NCBI GenBank assembly: GCA_965237905.1
Contig: OZ250172.1
Coordinates: 1,440,001 to 1,504,000, forward strand
Source of the DNA: Nitrospinaceae bacterium
GTDB lineage: Bacteria; Nitrospinota; Nitrospinia; Nitrospinales; Nitrospinaceae
DNA length: 64,000 nt
Direction of reading: 5' to 3'
Shown: positions 12,758-23,358 of the stretch, in pieces
Layout of the letters: every line of letters starts with the position of its first letter
How positions within the stretch are numbered: the first letter of the stretch is position 1
Notes under the pieces: model-generated
Told to the model about the DNA's origin: nothing
Seen by the model: the letters and a program-made list of their open reading frames with translations, nothing else
Database searches by the model: none
Program-made: the position numbers and the translations under genes

Positions 12758-14026
12758 ATGAAGTTCGCATACAATATTATCATAGCCGCCGCCCTCCTAC
12801 TGACTTCTCCCTACTGGATCATCCGCATGGGGCTGGACCCGTCGTTCCGTGCCGAGATCAGTCAACGGACGCGGCAATGGAAATCCGTGCCCGGACAAAC
12901 CGGATGCCTCTGGGTCCATGCGGCATCGGTCGGCGAAGTACGAGTGGCGGCATTGTTGATTCAGGCCTTGCAACAGCGATATCCCGACCGCACGATCGTT
13001 TTATCGACCTTCACGGCAACGGGATACGCACTGGCCAAAAAGGACTTGGAGTGCCTCGTGTTCCGGCTTCCGCTGGACCTGCCCTTTTTAATCCCCTCCC
13101 TGCTGAAACGGCTGGACCCTGCGATCCTGATTTTAGTTGAAGCGGAATACTGGCCCAACCTGCTCCGCTCCTGCCTGCAGAGAAAGATTCCCGTTCTGTT
13201 GGCCAACGGACGCCTGTCGGCCAAATCCTTTGCCCGGTATCAGAAACTGAAGCCCTGGTTTCTGTGGCTAACCGAACCTATCTCCACATTTTCCATGCGC
13301 GCCCAGGCGGAAGCGGACCGGCTCCTGCGATTAGACATCGCTCCGGCCCGGGTCCAGGTAACGGGCAACATGAAATTCGACAGCCTCACCACGGATGGGA
13401 ACCACCCTCCGAAATCGATGCAAATAGATGAAATTACAGTTATTTTTGGTTCCACCCGGCCCGGCGAAGAATCGGCCGTAGCAAATGCCATTTCTCAATT
13501 GAGCCAAAACCCTTTAGACTATAAGTTCATAATTGCTCCCCGCCATGTTCAGCGATGCCGTGAGGTGGAGAGCATTTTAAGAGATGCAGGATTGTCTGTC
13601 ACGCTCCATTCAGAGCAGAAAAATTCCACAGAAGGTTGGACGGCGTCTGTCCTGCTGGTGGATACTTTGGGGGTGTTAAACGATTACTACCGCCAGGGAC
13701 ATGTGGCTTTTGTGGGTGGAGGATTCGACCCCAGACACGGGGGACACAATATTCTCGAGCCCGCGCTTTTGGGACTGCCGGTGATCTACGGCAAACACAT
13801 GGGCAACTTCGAGGAAGAAGCCCGGTTGCTGTCCGAATCCGGAGGCGGCATTCCAATCGAGCATCCCGAAGACTTGACTCCTGTATTAGAAAAATTATTG
13901 AGCGATCCGGAAGAAATTCTGAAACGTGGCGCTCTGGCCGCGGAAGTGGTCCAGCGGCACAAGGGAGCCGTGAACCGCAACCTGGACTTGATTCAATCGC
14001 TACTTGAAAAAGGAAACCCCACTTGA
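12758..14026 (+). CDS. waaA: 3-deoxy-D-manno-octulosonic acid (Kdo) transferase
   Basis: WVHAASVGE, EAEYWPN, GNMKFD, GSTRPGEE, APRH, GGHNILEPA. Confidence 0.92.
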   Translation: MKFAYNIIIAAALLLTSPYWIIRMGLDPSFRAEISQRTRQWKSVPGQTGCLWVHAASVGEVRVAALLIQALQQRYPDRTIVLSTFTATGYALAKKDLECLVFRLPLDLPFLIPSLLKRLDPAILILVEAEYWPNLLRSCLQRKIPVLLANGRLSAKSFARYQKLKPWFLWLTEPISTFSMRAQAEADRLLRLDIAPARVQVTGNMKFDSLTTDGNHPPKSMQIDEITVIFGSTRPGEESAVANAISQLSQNPLDYKFIIAPRHVQRCREVESILRDAGLSVTLHSEQKNSTEGWTASVLLVDTLGVLNDYYRQGHVAFVGGGFDPRHGGHNILEPALLGLPVIYGKHMGNFEEEARLLSESGGGIPIEHPEDLTPVLEKLLSDPEEILKRGALAAEVVQRHKGAVNRNLDLIQSLLEKGNPT

Positions 14027-15363
14027 ATATGAAACCCCGAGCAAAGCAACCGGCGAACACCAAGGGAGATAAGGTCCGCAAAAGAGTCAAGATCCTGAAA
14101 ATTGTCTCTAAAATCGCTTCTTTTGTGATGATGCCAGCCTTCACGATGTATTCCCTGTTCACCGGGGAAAAACGGCGCGGCCTCAAAGATCATTTCGGTT
14201 GGGTGCCCGTCTCGGAGAAAAAACCCGGGCAGAAGCTGGTCTGGGTGCATGCCTTGTCGCTGGGAGAAGTCAACGGCGCCACACCGGTACTTAAAATTAT
14301 CCGTGAAAAGCGGCCCAACATTGCCATTGCCGTCTCGGTCACCACAGATGCCGGCTATGATGCCGCCCACCGGATGCTTCCATTCGTGGACCATATCTTT
14401 TTTCATCCCCTGGACTGCTGGCCATTCATCAACCGTGCGCTGGACCGGATGAAACCGGATTTATACGTTCTCACCGATACCGGGTTCTGGCCCAGCATGC
14501 TGATGAGTTTGAAAGATCGGCGCATTCCGCCCATGGTGTTCAACGGAAGAATTTCTGAAAAATCGCAGGCCCGCTACAAACAGATTGCGACCATGGTCAA
14601 ACCTCTGCTCCAATCGTTTGCGGTGATCTGCATGCAAGGTGAACGCGGACGAACCACCATTCAAGATTTGGGGGCACCTCCTCAACGCGTACGCATTGTC
14701 GGAGATACCAAATTCGATGCCCTGCAAATCGTTCCGGAATCCGAGCGGAATCGCCTCCGCGAACGGTTTAGGTTCCCGTATGACGGGCAGGTCCTGGTGG
14801 CAGGCAGTACCCATGAGGGAGAAGAGCAAGTTTGCGCAGACGCTTATTTAAAACTGCGCCGAAAATTCCCTAAACTCTCCATGGTCCTCGCTCCCCGGAG
14901 ACTGGAACGCGTGGCAGAAATCGTTAAATTTCTTACCAAAGAAAACATTAGATTCGTTCTCCGGTCAGAAATTGATTCCCACTCCAAACCTATGGCCAAT
15001 ATCGTCGTGCTCGATTCGTTGGGTGAATTGTCCAGGGTGTATGCCATCGCCGATGTTGCATTTGTCGGGAGGAGCCTGAAGGCTCCGGGCGGCGGCCACA
15101 ACCTGCTGGAGCCCGTGGCCCAGGGCGTACCGGTTCTGCACGGGCCCTATATCGAAAATATTCAGAAAGTCGCAAACGAGTTGAAAACACAAGGCCTGGC
15201 TTTCACCGTATCGGATGATCAAACCTTATTTGCCGCAGTAAGAAGGTTGTTATTGCATTCGGATGAACTGCCCAGGCTCCGGGCAAAAGCCAATGCCTAT
15301 GTGCAGGAAAAAAGAGGGTCTTCCCTCGAGATCGCCAAATATATTGTGGCGATTTTGAAGTAA
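14023..15363 (+). CDS. waaA: Second Kdo transferase paralog
   Basis: WVHALSLGE, GDTKFD, AGSTHEGEE, GGHNLLEP; starts at or just after the stop of the first copy (TTG 14023 or ATG 14029). Confidence 0.85.
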   Translation: MNMKPRAKQPANTKGDKVRKRVKILKIVSKIASFVMMPAFTMYSLFTGEKRRGLKDHFGWVPVSEKKPGQKLVWVHALSLGEVNGATPVLKIIREKRPNIAIAVSVTTDAGYDAAHRMLPFVDHIFFHPLDCWPFINRALDRMKPDLYVLTDTGFWPSMLMSLKDRRIPPMVFNGRISEKSQARYKQIATMVKPLLQSFAVICMQGERGRTTIQDLGAPPQRVRIVGDTKFDALQIVPESERNRLRERFRFPYDGQVLVAGSTHEGEEQVCADAYLKLRRKFPKLSMVLAPRRLERVAEIVKFLTKENIRFVLRSEIDSHSKPMANIVVLDSLGELSRVYAIADVAFVGRSLKAPGGGHNLLEPVAQGVPVLHGPYIENIQKVANELKTQGLAFTVSDDQTLFAAVRRLLLHSDELPRLRAKANAYVQEKRGSSLEIAKYIVAILK

Positions 15364-15376
15364 GCACACCCCCGTC

Positions 15377-16852
15377 CTAATCCCATGAAGATGAGTCAAC
15401 CTCTTGGATCGCTCTCGCAGTTTCCCCTGTTTTTTCCAACGTCCATCGGCTGACCCCCCACACCGCCAGCGACGCCAGCAGAAACGCTGGCACCATTTCA
15501 TAAATCACCGTATCGGAAAGGTTCTGCCACTTCCACACCAGTGTGGTGATAAAGCCGGTGAGCATACCGGCAATGGCCCCCTCCCGTGTCACTTTTTTGG
15601 AATACAACGTGAACAGAATCACCGGACCAAAACTCGCCCCCAGCCCCGACCACGCAAACAACACGAACCAGAAAATGACCGGCACCTCCAACAGTGCGAT
15701 GATCATCGCTCCGATTCCTAATAACAAAATGGATATGCGACTGATCATAATGATTTGTTTATGGGTCATGTCGCGGCTGATCATTTTGGTGCAGACGTCA
15801 TGCGCCACAGCGGAGGCGGCGACAATGATCTGCGCCGACACGGTGGACATGATCGCCGCCAGCACGCCCGTCAGCACCACCGCTGAAACTACCGTAGGCA
15901 GGAGTAATTCCGCCGCTTTCGGAAACAAATGCTCCGGATCGCTCAGTCCGGGAAACAACGCATGCCCGCACAACCCGAGCAGGATCGCCGAACCATAAAC
16001 CAGCAGGCCCCAACCCATGGCGATCCAAATGCCGTAGCGGATGGTTTGGGTATCTTTCGCGGCCATGTAACGGTTCAGCACATGCGGCTGTCCGGGATAA
16101 CCGAGGCCGATACCGAGCAGGCCGACCATGAATCCGAAAAACGCCCCCACCGTCCGGCCGCCCATCCAATCCAGCGTCTGCGGATGCGACTGGCTCAAAT
16201 GCTCGATCATGCCGCCGAACCCGCCGAGGCTCATCACCGCCACTGCCGACAACAGCACCAGACCGACAACCATGATGAGACCCTGCACAAAATCGGTCCA
16301 CGCCACCGCCAGGAATCCACCCAACATCGTGTACACAATGATGATCGCCGCACCGATGGGAATGCTTATATGATGCGGCACGCCGAAGATGGCGTCGAAG
16401 GTTTTACCGATAGCGGCAAACTGCGCCCCGACGTAGGCCATCATGCACGCGAAAATAATAATAACGGAGATGAGGCGGAGCGCATTGGTCTTGTCGTTGA
16501 AATGCGATTCCAGGTAATCGGGAATGGTGATGGCATTGGTTTCGTGCGAATGCTTGCGTAACCGCTCCGCGAGAAACAGCCAGTTGACCGCGTAACCCAT
16601 GAGGCATCCCGGCAGAAACCAGATGGCCGACAAGCCTTCCTTATAGACCAGGCCCACCGTACCCAGCACCGCCCAGGCGCTTTCCGAGGAGGCAGTCGAG
16701 GACACCGCAGTCACCCACGCCTTCAGCGACCGGTCCGCCAGGAAAAACTGGGACGGCGAAGTCGCCTTGCGCGAAGTCACCCACCCGATCCCCAGCATCA
16801 GGATCACATATAATGCGAAGACAACACTGATGACACCGGATAATTCGGTCAT
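15377..16852 (-). CDS. putP: Sodium/proline symporter (SSS family)
   Basis: ASSESAW, YTMLGGFLAVAWTDFVQG, LGYPGQPH, AAIMST, AWSGLGASFGP; multi-pass membrane protein. Start could be 16870. Confidence 0.8.
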   Translation of the reverse strand: MTELSGVISVVFALYVILMLGIGWVTSRKATSPSQFFLADRSLKAWVTAVSSTASSESAWAVLGTVGLVYKEGLSAIWFLPGCLMGYAVNWLFLAERLRKHSHETNAITIPDYLESHFNDKTNALRLISVIIIFACMMAYVGAQFAAIGKTFDAIFGVPHHISIPIGAAIIIVYTMLGGFLAVAWTDFVQGLIMVVGLVLLSAVAVMSLGGFGGMIEHLSQSHPQTLDWMGGRTVGAFFGFMVGLLGIGLGYPGQPHVLNRYMAAKDTQTIRYGIWIAMGWGLLVYGSAILLGLCGHALFPGLSDPEHLFPKAAELLLPTVVSAVVLTGVLAAIMSTVSAQIIVAASAVAHDVCTKMISRDMTHKQIIMISRISILLLGIGAMIIALLEVPVIFWFVLFAWSGLGASFGPVILFTLYSKKVTREGAIAGMLTGFITTLVWKWQNLSDTVIYEMVPAFLLASLAVWGVSRWTLEKTGETARAIQEVDSSSWD

Positions 16853-16979
16853 AGGACTATTGTAAGCCATCGCCGGATAACGCCAAACCCTATCTTGAAG
16901 TCCGGTGGATTATTGGCTGGATTTTAGCTACACTACGGCGTTCTGACTGCACGTTACAACCCCTGAGGAATTCACACAG

Positions 16980-19481
16980 ATGCCCAATTACGACCCCAAA
17001 ATAATCGAAGCCAAGTGGCAAAAACACTGGGAGAAGGAGAAATCCTTCAAGGTGGAGGACGATCCCTCGAAGCCCAAATATTACCTGCTGGAGATGTTCC
17101 CTTATCCCTCCGGCAGGATCCACATGGGCCATGTGCGCAACTACACCATCGGCGACGCGCTGGCACGCTTCAAGTGGATGAAGGGCCTGAACGTCCTGCA
17201 TCCCATCGGCTGGGACTCGTTCGGCATGCCCGCGGAAAACGCGGCGATCCAGAACAAATCGCATCCCAACACCTGGACGCACGAAAACATCAAAACCATG
17301 ACCGCGCAGATCAAGCGCCTCGGTCTCAGCTACGACTGGGACCGCGAAATCGCCACCTGCGAACCGGAGTATTACCAGTGGAACCAGTGGTGCTTCCTGA
17401 AATTTCTGGAGCGCGGCCTGGTCTACCGCAAAAACTCCGAGGTCAACTGGTGCGAATCCTGCAACACGGTGCTGGCCAACGAACAGGTGGTGGACGGCCT
17501 GTGCTGGCGGTGCGACAACGAGGTCATCCAGAAACAGCTGGAGGGCTGGTTCTTCAAAATCACCGACTACGCCGACCGCCTGCTGGAAGGTCTGCAGGAT
17601 TTGGAGCAGGGCTGGCCGGAACAGGTGCGGACCATGCAGGCCAACTGGATCGGCAAGAGTACTGGCGCGGAAGTCGATTTCCAGATCAAAGACGCGAAAG
17701 AATCGATCAAAGTGTTCACGACGCGCCCGGACACGCTGTACGGCGCGACCTTCATGGTGCTGGCGCCGGAACATCCGTTGACGCATTCCCTGTCGCGCGG
17801 AACGAAACAGGAAAAGGCGATTGATGCGTTCATCAAAAAAGTGAAAAGCCAGGACAAGATCGCACGCACCAGTGAAGGCGGCGAAAAGCTTGGCGTGTTT
17901 ACCGGAGCGTACGCCGTCAATCCGCTCAACGGCGAAACCATCCCGATATGGACCGCCAACTTCGTGCTGATGGATTACGGCACCGGCGCCATCATGTCCG
18001 TGCCCGCGCACGATCACCGCGACTTCGAGTTCTCCAAAAAATATGACCTGCCCATCCGCGTTGTCATCCTGCCGCCCGACGGCAATACGAATGCCGACGA
18101 CTTGAAGGAGGCCATGACCGAGTTGGGGCCGATGACTCAATCCGGTGCGTTCGACGGACTGGCGGGGGACGAGGCCAAGCAGAAAGTCTGCGAACATTTG
18201 CAATCGAAAAAAATCGGGAAGGCGACGGTACAGTTCCGCCTGCGTGACTGGGGCGTGTCGCGGCAACGTTACTGGGGCACACCGGTGCCGATTATTTTTT
18301 GTGAGAAATGCGGCACAGTGCCGGTTCCTTACAAGGACCTGCCGGTGATTCTGCCGCTCGACGCGCAATTGGGAGACAAGGGCCAGTCGCCGCTCAAATC
18401 ACTCGATTCGTTTATCAACGTGCAGTGTCCGAAATGCAAAGCTCCGGCAAAACGTGAAACTGATACGCTCGACACCTTCATCTGCTCGTCATGGTACTTC
18501 GACCGCTTCACCTCGCCGCACGAGAAGAAGGCACCGTTTTCCAAAGAGAGCATCCAGTACTGGATGCCGGTGGACCAGTACATCGGCGGCATCGAGCACG
18601 CCATCCTGCATCTTTTGTATTCGCGCTTTTTTCATCATGTGTTCCGAGACATGGGTCTGATCAAAGCGAAGGAACCGTTTGCTCACCTGTTGACGCAGGG
18701 CATGGTGATCAAGGACGGCGCGAAGATGTCGAAGTCTAAAGGCAATGTGGTGGACCCGGACAATATCATTGATCGGTACGGAGCGGACACGGCGCGGCTG
18801 TTCATCCTGTTCGCCGCCCCACCCACAAAACAACTGGAATGGAGCGACCAGGGAGTGGAAGGGGGTTCGCGGTTTTTGAAACGCGTGTGGCGTTTGTTTG
18901 ACGAAGCGGTGAATTTCCTCCGGGTGATGCCCATCGATATGGATACCCAGGGAGACCTCCCAAAAGAACTGAAGGAGTTGCGCCGTCAAATCCATACCGC
19001 TATCAAACGCGTTACGGAGGACATCGAAAAGCGCATGCAGTTCAATACCGCCATCGCCGCCATCATGGAATTCGTGAATCATCTGTATGCGTTCCGCGAA
19101 TGGTGGGATAAGCAGATCGAGCCGCCGGTTCTGGGTTGCCTTTTGCTCAGGGAAGCGATGGAGACGTTGATTCTACTGCTCGCGCCGTTCGCCCCGCACA
19201 TCGCAGAAGAAATGCGGGAACAGATGGGACATCCGGGAACCACCCATCAAGCCGCCTGGCCGGAGTATAATGAAACATTTTTAAAGGCCGACGAAATTGA
19301 GATTGTCGTGCAGGTCAACGGCAAAGTGCGGCAGAAACTTTTAGTATCAGAGAGCATCGACGAAGCGTCGCTCAAAGTGAAAAGCCTGGAGGATCCGCGC
19401 ATTCAGGAATGGACCAACGGCAAAGAGGTTAAAAAAGTCATCGTAGTTCCCAAAAAACTGATCAACATCGTGGTGAAATAA
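16980..19481 (+). CDS. leuS: Leucine--tRNA ligase
   Basis: MFPYPSGRIHMGH (HIGH-like), KMSKSKGN, editing domain FTTRPDT. Confidence 0.99.
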   Translation: MPNYDPKIIEAKWQKHWEKEKSFKVEDDPSKPKYYLLEMFPYPSGRIHMGHVRNYTIGDALARFKWMKGLNVLHPIGWDSFGMPAENAAIQNKSHPNTWTHENIKTMTAQIKRLGLSYDWDREIATCEPEYYQWNQWCFLKFLERGLVYRKNSEVNWCESCNTVLANEQVVDGLCWRCDNEVIQKQLEGWFFKITDYADRLLEGLQDLEQGWPEQVRTMQANWIGKSTGAEVDFQIKDAKESIKVFTTRPDTLYGATFMVLAPEHPLTHSLSRGTKQEKAIDAFIKKVKSQDKIARTSEGGEKLGVFTGAYAVNPLNGETIPIWTANFVLMDYGTGAIMSVPAHDHRDFEFSKKYDLPIRVVILPPDGNTNADDLKEAMTELGPMTQSGAFDGLAGDEAKQKVCEHLQSKKIGKATVQFRLRDWGVSRQRYWGTPVPIIFCEKCGTVPVPYKDLPVILPLDAQLGDKGQSPLKSLDSFINVQCPKCKAPAKRETDTLDTFICSSWYFDRFTSPHEKKAPFSKESIQYWMPVDQYIGGIEHAILHLLYSRFFHHVFRDMGLIKAKEPFAHLLTQGMVIKDGAKMSKSKGNVVDPDNIIDRYGADTARLFILFAAPPTKQLEWSDQGVEGGSRFLKRVWRLFDEAVNFLRVMPIDMDTQGDLPKELKELRRQIHTAIKRVTEDIEKRMQFNTAIAAIMEFVNHLYAFREWWDKQIEPPVLGCLLLREAMETLILLLAPFAPHIAEEMREQMGHPGTTHQAAWPEYNETFLKADEIEIVVQVNGKVRQKLLVSESIDEASLKVKSLEDPRIQEWTNGKEVKKVIVVPKKLINIVVK

Positions 19482-19491
19482 GGAAGAGCGC

Positions 19492-20013
19492 ATGAACGCC
19501 CATAAAACAATTTGGCTTGGCCTGCTGTTGTCGCTGACCTTGTGGGGATGCGGCTACCAAATGGCCGGTCGGGGTGCCAGCCAATTGCCCCCGCACCTGA
19601 AAACCATCGCCATCCCCGTATTTGAAAACAATTCCAGCGAACCCACTATCCAGCGGCCCTTCACTGAAGCGCTCCGGCGCGCGTTCATCACCGATGGACG
19701 GGTACAGCTGGTGAACAATAAGTCGGGGGCAGACCTGGTGGTGACCGGGACCCTCACCAAATATTGGATTCGCGCCGTAGCGTTCAATAGCTTGGATGTC
19801 GCCATTGAATACTGGGTATACCTGGAGGCGGACGTTCTGGTCAAGGACCAGGTGAAAAACCAGACCTACCTTCAACAAAAATTAAAAACCCGCTGGGAAT
19901 ACCTGGCCGATGACAGCGTCACCACCTCGGAAGCCGCACGCCAGGAAGCCCTGACGCAAACCTACCGGGTGCTGTCCCAGCGCCTGGTCAGCCTGGTCAA
20001 CGATAAATTTTAA
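19492..20013 (+). CDS. lptE: LPS assembly lipoprotein LptE family
   Basis: Lipobox LWGC-GY, IAIPVFEN; classic leuS-lptE-holA order. Confidence 0.85.
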   Translation: MNAHKTIWLGLLLSLTLWGCGYQMAGRGASQLPPHLKTIAIPVFENNSSEPTIQRPFTEALRRAFITDGRVQLVNNKSGADLVVTGTLTKYWIRAVAFNSLDVAIEYWVYLEADVLVKDQVKNQTYLQQKLKTRWEYLADDSVTTSEAARQEALTQTYRVLSQRLVSLVNDKF

Positions 20014-20025
20014 AGAGAGTCGAAC

Positions 20026-21030
20026 GTGACGGCATTGGAATTGATTCAACAACTCGAGTCGGGCACACCGCATCCTGTTTATTTTCTTTACGGAGAAGAG
20101 GACTTTCCCCAGAGGGAACTGGTCGCGGCGTTGACGCGGCGCTGGATCACTCCCGACAACCGGGATTTCAATTTCGAAACCTTCGAGGCGAAAACCAGCA
20201 CGGTCTACGAATGGATCGGCGCCTGCAAAACGCTTTCATTTTTTGGCGGGGAAAAACTGGTGATCGTGCGCGGTCTGGACGAATTCAAATGGGATGACGC
20301 GAACGTTCCGCCTCTACTCGACTATGTATCCGATCCCGTGCCGGACGCCTGCCTGGTGTTGACCGCCCGCAAGGCCGACCGCAAACGAAAAATCTATAAG
20401 GGCCTGACCAAAATAAAAGGCGCCGGGGAATGCATCGCGCCCCGCGAGGCGGCCCTGATCCCCTGGATCAGAAACCGCGCGAAAGAATTGGGACGCGCAT
20501 TGAGCGCGGGAGCGGCACGGTTGATGGTCGAACGGGTAGGACTCAAACCGGGTCTGTTGGCGGGCGAGCTGGAAAAGGTCATCACCTTTGCCGGGCAAGC
20601 CCAATCGATCGATGAGCAAGCCGTTAGAGAAGTGGTCGGGGAAACGCGGCTGGAAAACGTGTTTGCTATGACCGATGCGCTCAAATCCAAGAACACCGCG
20701 CAAGCCCTCAAGGTGCTCCGTAACCAGTTGGCGCACGGCGAGGAACCGGTCAAATTGCTGGGAACGATCTCCTGGCAATTCCGTTTGATCTGGGAGGTGA
20801 AGTATCATCAAACCACGGGCACGCCGCCTTCGCGCATCGCGCAGAAAATGGGGATCCAGCCGTTCCTGGCGGATCAGGCCCTGCGGTACACGGGGAAATT
20901 CAGTGAAGGACAATTACGGGATGGATTTCGAAGTTTGTTCCGGGCGGACCGGGAACTGAAAGGCTCCGGCAAGGCGCCGGAGGGGATTCTTGAGACGTTG
21001 GTACTGAGGTTATGCTCAACCGGCGGCTGA
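20026..21030 (+). CDS. holA: DNA polymerase III subunit delta
   Basis: PVYFLYGEE, SFFGGEKLVIV, ELEK, ADRELKG; synteny. Confidence 0.93.
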   Translation: MTALELIQQLESGTPHPVYFLYGEEDFPQRELVAALTRRWITPDNRDFNFETFEAKTSTVYEWIGACKTLSFFGGEKLVIVRGLDEFKWDDANVPPLLDYVSDPVPDACLVLTARKADRKRKIYKGLTKIKGAGECIAPREAALIPWIRNRAKELGRALSAGAARLMVERVGLKPGLLAGELEKVITFAGQAQSIDEQAVREVVGETRLENVFAMTDALKSKNTAQALKVLRNQLAHGEEPVKLLGTISWQFRLIWEVKYHQTTGTPPSRIAQKMGIQPFLADQALRYTGKFSEGQLRDGFRSLFRADRELKGSGKAPEGILETLVLRLCSTGG

Positions 21031-21288
21031 CAGCTGATTAACCTTTTTAGCGAGACCGGAAATTTTCCGGGACGCGGCACGGGAATGAAGCACTCCCTTA
21101 CTGGCTACTTTTGCAATAACTGTCGTAGCTTCCTTCAAACTCTTCTGAGCTTCTTCTACATTTTTCTCTTCCACGGCAGTGAGCACCTTCTTGGTATGGC
21201 TTTTTATCTGCGTACGGAGACCCCTGTTGCGGATACTGCGTTGCTCGTTTTGCCGGTTGCGTTTGATAGCGGACTTATGATTTGCCAA
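21016..21288 (-). CDS. rpsT: 30S ribosomal protein S20
   Basis: ANHKSAIKRNRQ, KGVLHSRAASRKIS; convergent with holA. Confidence 0.97.
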   Translation of the reverse strand: MANHKSAIKRNRQNEQRSIRNRGLRTQIKSHTKKVLTAVEEKNVEEAQKSLKEATTVIAKVASKGVLHSRAASRKISGLAKKVNQLSAAG

Positions 21289-21471
21289 TTAATTAAACCT
21301 CCATAACGGATAAATATTTCCAACGGAAGGGAGTATTGTATCCCATTAGTTTGGATTAGAACAGAGTTTAGTTTTTTACACTTTCCCGGAAGGGGTTGCA
21401 AGTATTTTCAAACAGCGGCGCCAGGGAAAATAAGTAAACCCTTTTATTAAAATAAGTTAGGGAAGTCCCGC

Positions 21472-22155
21472 CTAACCCTCGGCCAGGCCCCTCAAGCTGT
21501 TTTCCAACCTCTTGTATTCATAAATCAGCTGATCGAACCAGAAGAGAATGAGAGGCGTGTTCCCGGCATCCGCGGTCCATTCCAGGTTTTGGCTAACGAA
21601 GCGGAACGATCCAGCTGCTACATTCAAAGCCGACCCTTTCATTAAATGAGCAGATTCCATAACGGCTTTCCAATCCTTTTCTTCCATGCCCCGCATCAGT
21701 TTTTCGAGGCGCACTGGGCCGTCCTTGAGAAGAATTCCCGCGATTTCGCGAAGCAGGTCTTCGTCGTCATCGCAAATTTCCAAGGCCGCATCGTGATTGA
21801 TAGTCTCCGATTCCGGGGGCGCCCCGTGCAAATCCGGGAATACAACCACATCAGTTTTATCAAGCGGTATTGGAAAAAAGTGATCGATTCCAGCCGCCGC
21901 ACCCTGCTGGACTCCCAATGCTATCACCAAAGGAGGAGTTTTCGCTCCGAGCGATTGCCGCCATTCGGAAAACGTTTTGAGTGGTTCACCGGCAATCTGC
22001 TCCGGTCCCAACACCAGGATCTGGCAAACGGACCCATCCAGAAATTCTCTCACCTCGGACAAGGTCTCGACGGCCTGAACCAGGTGACCGTTGAGCTCCA
22101 GAGATTTGAGGATGTTGATCCGTTCGCTGTCGTTATCGATGACCAGAATTTTCAT
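21472..22155 (-). CDS. Receiver-like domain plus Hpt domain protein
   Basis: From ATG 22155: MKILVIDND (REC-like start) and C-terminal Hpt motif SAHLMKGSA. The longer ORF-track start is an antisense shadow of the next gene. Confidence 0.75.
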   Translation of the reverse strand: MKILVIDNDSERINILKSLELNGHLVQAVETLSEVREFLDGSVCQILVLGPEQIAGEPLKTFSEWRQSLGAKTPPLVIALGVQQGAAAGIDHFFPIPLDKTDVVVFPDLHGAPPESETINHDAALEICDDDEDLLREIAGILLKDGPVRLEKLMRGMEEKDWKAVMESAHLMKGSALNVAAGSFRFVSQNLEWTADAGNTPLILFWFDQLIYEYKRLENSLRGLAEG

Positions 22156-22392
22156 GAAGGGTAAAATGCACCTGGCAAGAAGAGGGATGGCAGGAAGGAT
22201 ATCCCGGAATGTTCCAACTTTTCTCAAATGTTGCGGAGCATCCTTAGCTACCGCAAAAGCGCACGCCTGTTGATTCCAAAATACCGCCCCCGGCACCGGG
22301 TAGCAAGTTTTTTTATTGGATTCAGGATAAAGGGCACCTGCGTTCTGATATGATAACCGTAACAATCTCTTCATTATATAGTGACCCTTTTC

Positions 22393-23358
22393 ATGGCTAG
22401 TCAGAATCCCGAATCCAAAATCAAGGTCGGCGTCAGCAGTTGCCTGCTGGGCGAAAAGGTGCGCTGGGACGGGGGCCACACACAGGACCCTTTCCTGAAA
22501 GACCTGCTGGGGCCATTGTTTGAATGGGTGCCGACCTGCCCCGAGGTGGAAATCGGCATGGGCATCCCGCGCGAGACGGTACAGTTGACGGGAAACCTTA
22601 AGACACCGCGCATGGTCGGCAATACCACCGGAACCGACTGGACCCAGCGCATGAATCGCTATTCCAAAAAGCGCCCCGCCGAGTTGGCGAACATGAATCT
22701 GTGCGGATACATTTTTAAATCGAAATCCCCCTCCTGCGGCATCTCCCGTATCAAAGTGTACGGGAATGACGGCCCCCCAGCGTCGAACGGAAACGGCCTG
22801 TTCGCCGGAGCGTTCATGCGACAATGCGCTCTGGTTCCGGTGGAGGACGAAGGCCGCCTGCACGACACACGGATTCGTGAAAACTTTATCACGCGCGTGT
22901 TTGCCTATCACCGCCTGGCGCAACTATTGAATGGTCGATTGTCGCGCAAGGCGTTGGTGGAGTTTCATACGGTGCACAAGTGTCTGCTTCTCGCCCACAG
23001 CCGCAAATATTACGACGCGCTCGGGAAGCTGGTCGCCAACGCCAAGCAATATACTCCTGCGGAGTTGAAACGCCGTTACGCCGAAGTTTTCATGCAAACC
23101 CTCTCTTTCAAGACCACGACAAAGAAGAACGCCGCCGTTTTAAATTACATGCTCCGGATTTTAAATAAGTCGCTATCGGAAACGGAGAAGCAAAACCTCA
23201 TCCAAATTATCGAGGACTACTGCAACGGATCGGCACCATTAAACAAACCCGTCACACTGATCAAGCGCCACGCCCGCAAACACAAAGTCGACACTCTGGC
23301 CGACCAAGTCTACCTTAATCACCATCCGAAAGAGCTGATGCTCCGTAACCATGTGTAA
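22393..23358 (+). CDS. DUF523/DUF1722 (YbgA-like, 2-thiouracil desulfurase family) protein
   Basis: GVSSCLLGEKVRWDGGH, CPEVEIGMGIPRE, KSKSPSCG, EDEGRL, C-terminal QVYLNHHPKELMLRNHV. Confidence 0.88.
   Translation: MASQNPESKIKVGVSSCLLGEKVRWDGGHTQDPFLKDLLGPLFEWVPTCPEVEIGMGIPRETVQLTGNLKTPRMVGNTTGTDWTQRMNRYSKKRPAELANMNLCGYIFKSKSPSCGISRIKVYGNDGPPASNGNGLFAGAFMRQCALVPVEDEGRLHDTRIRENFITRVFAYHRLAQLLNGRLSRKALVEFHTVHKCLLLAHSRKYYDALGKLVANAKQYTPAELKRRYAEVFMQTLSFKTTTKKNAAVLNYMLRILNKSLSETEKQNLIQIIEDYCNGSAPLNKPVTLIKRHARKHKVDTLADQVYLNHHPKELMLRNHV

Noticed and set aside
16890..18368. 492-aa minus-strand ORF
   Set aside because: Antisense to leuS, with no recognisable motifs.
21016..21030. Convergent 15-nt overlap of holA and rpsT
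   Set aside because: Short 3' overlaps are common and this gene pair is ordinary synteny.
22156..22923. Long N-terminal extension of the REC-Hpt ORF in the track
   Set aside because: It overlaps the DUF523 gene antisense; the domain begins at ATG 22155.
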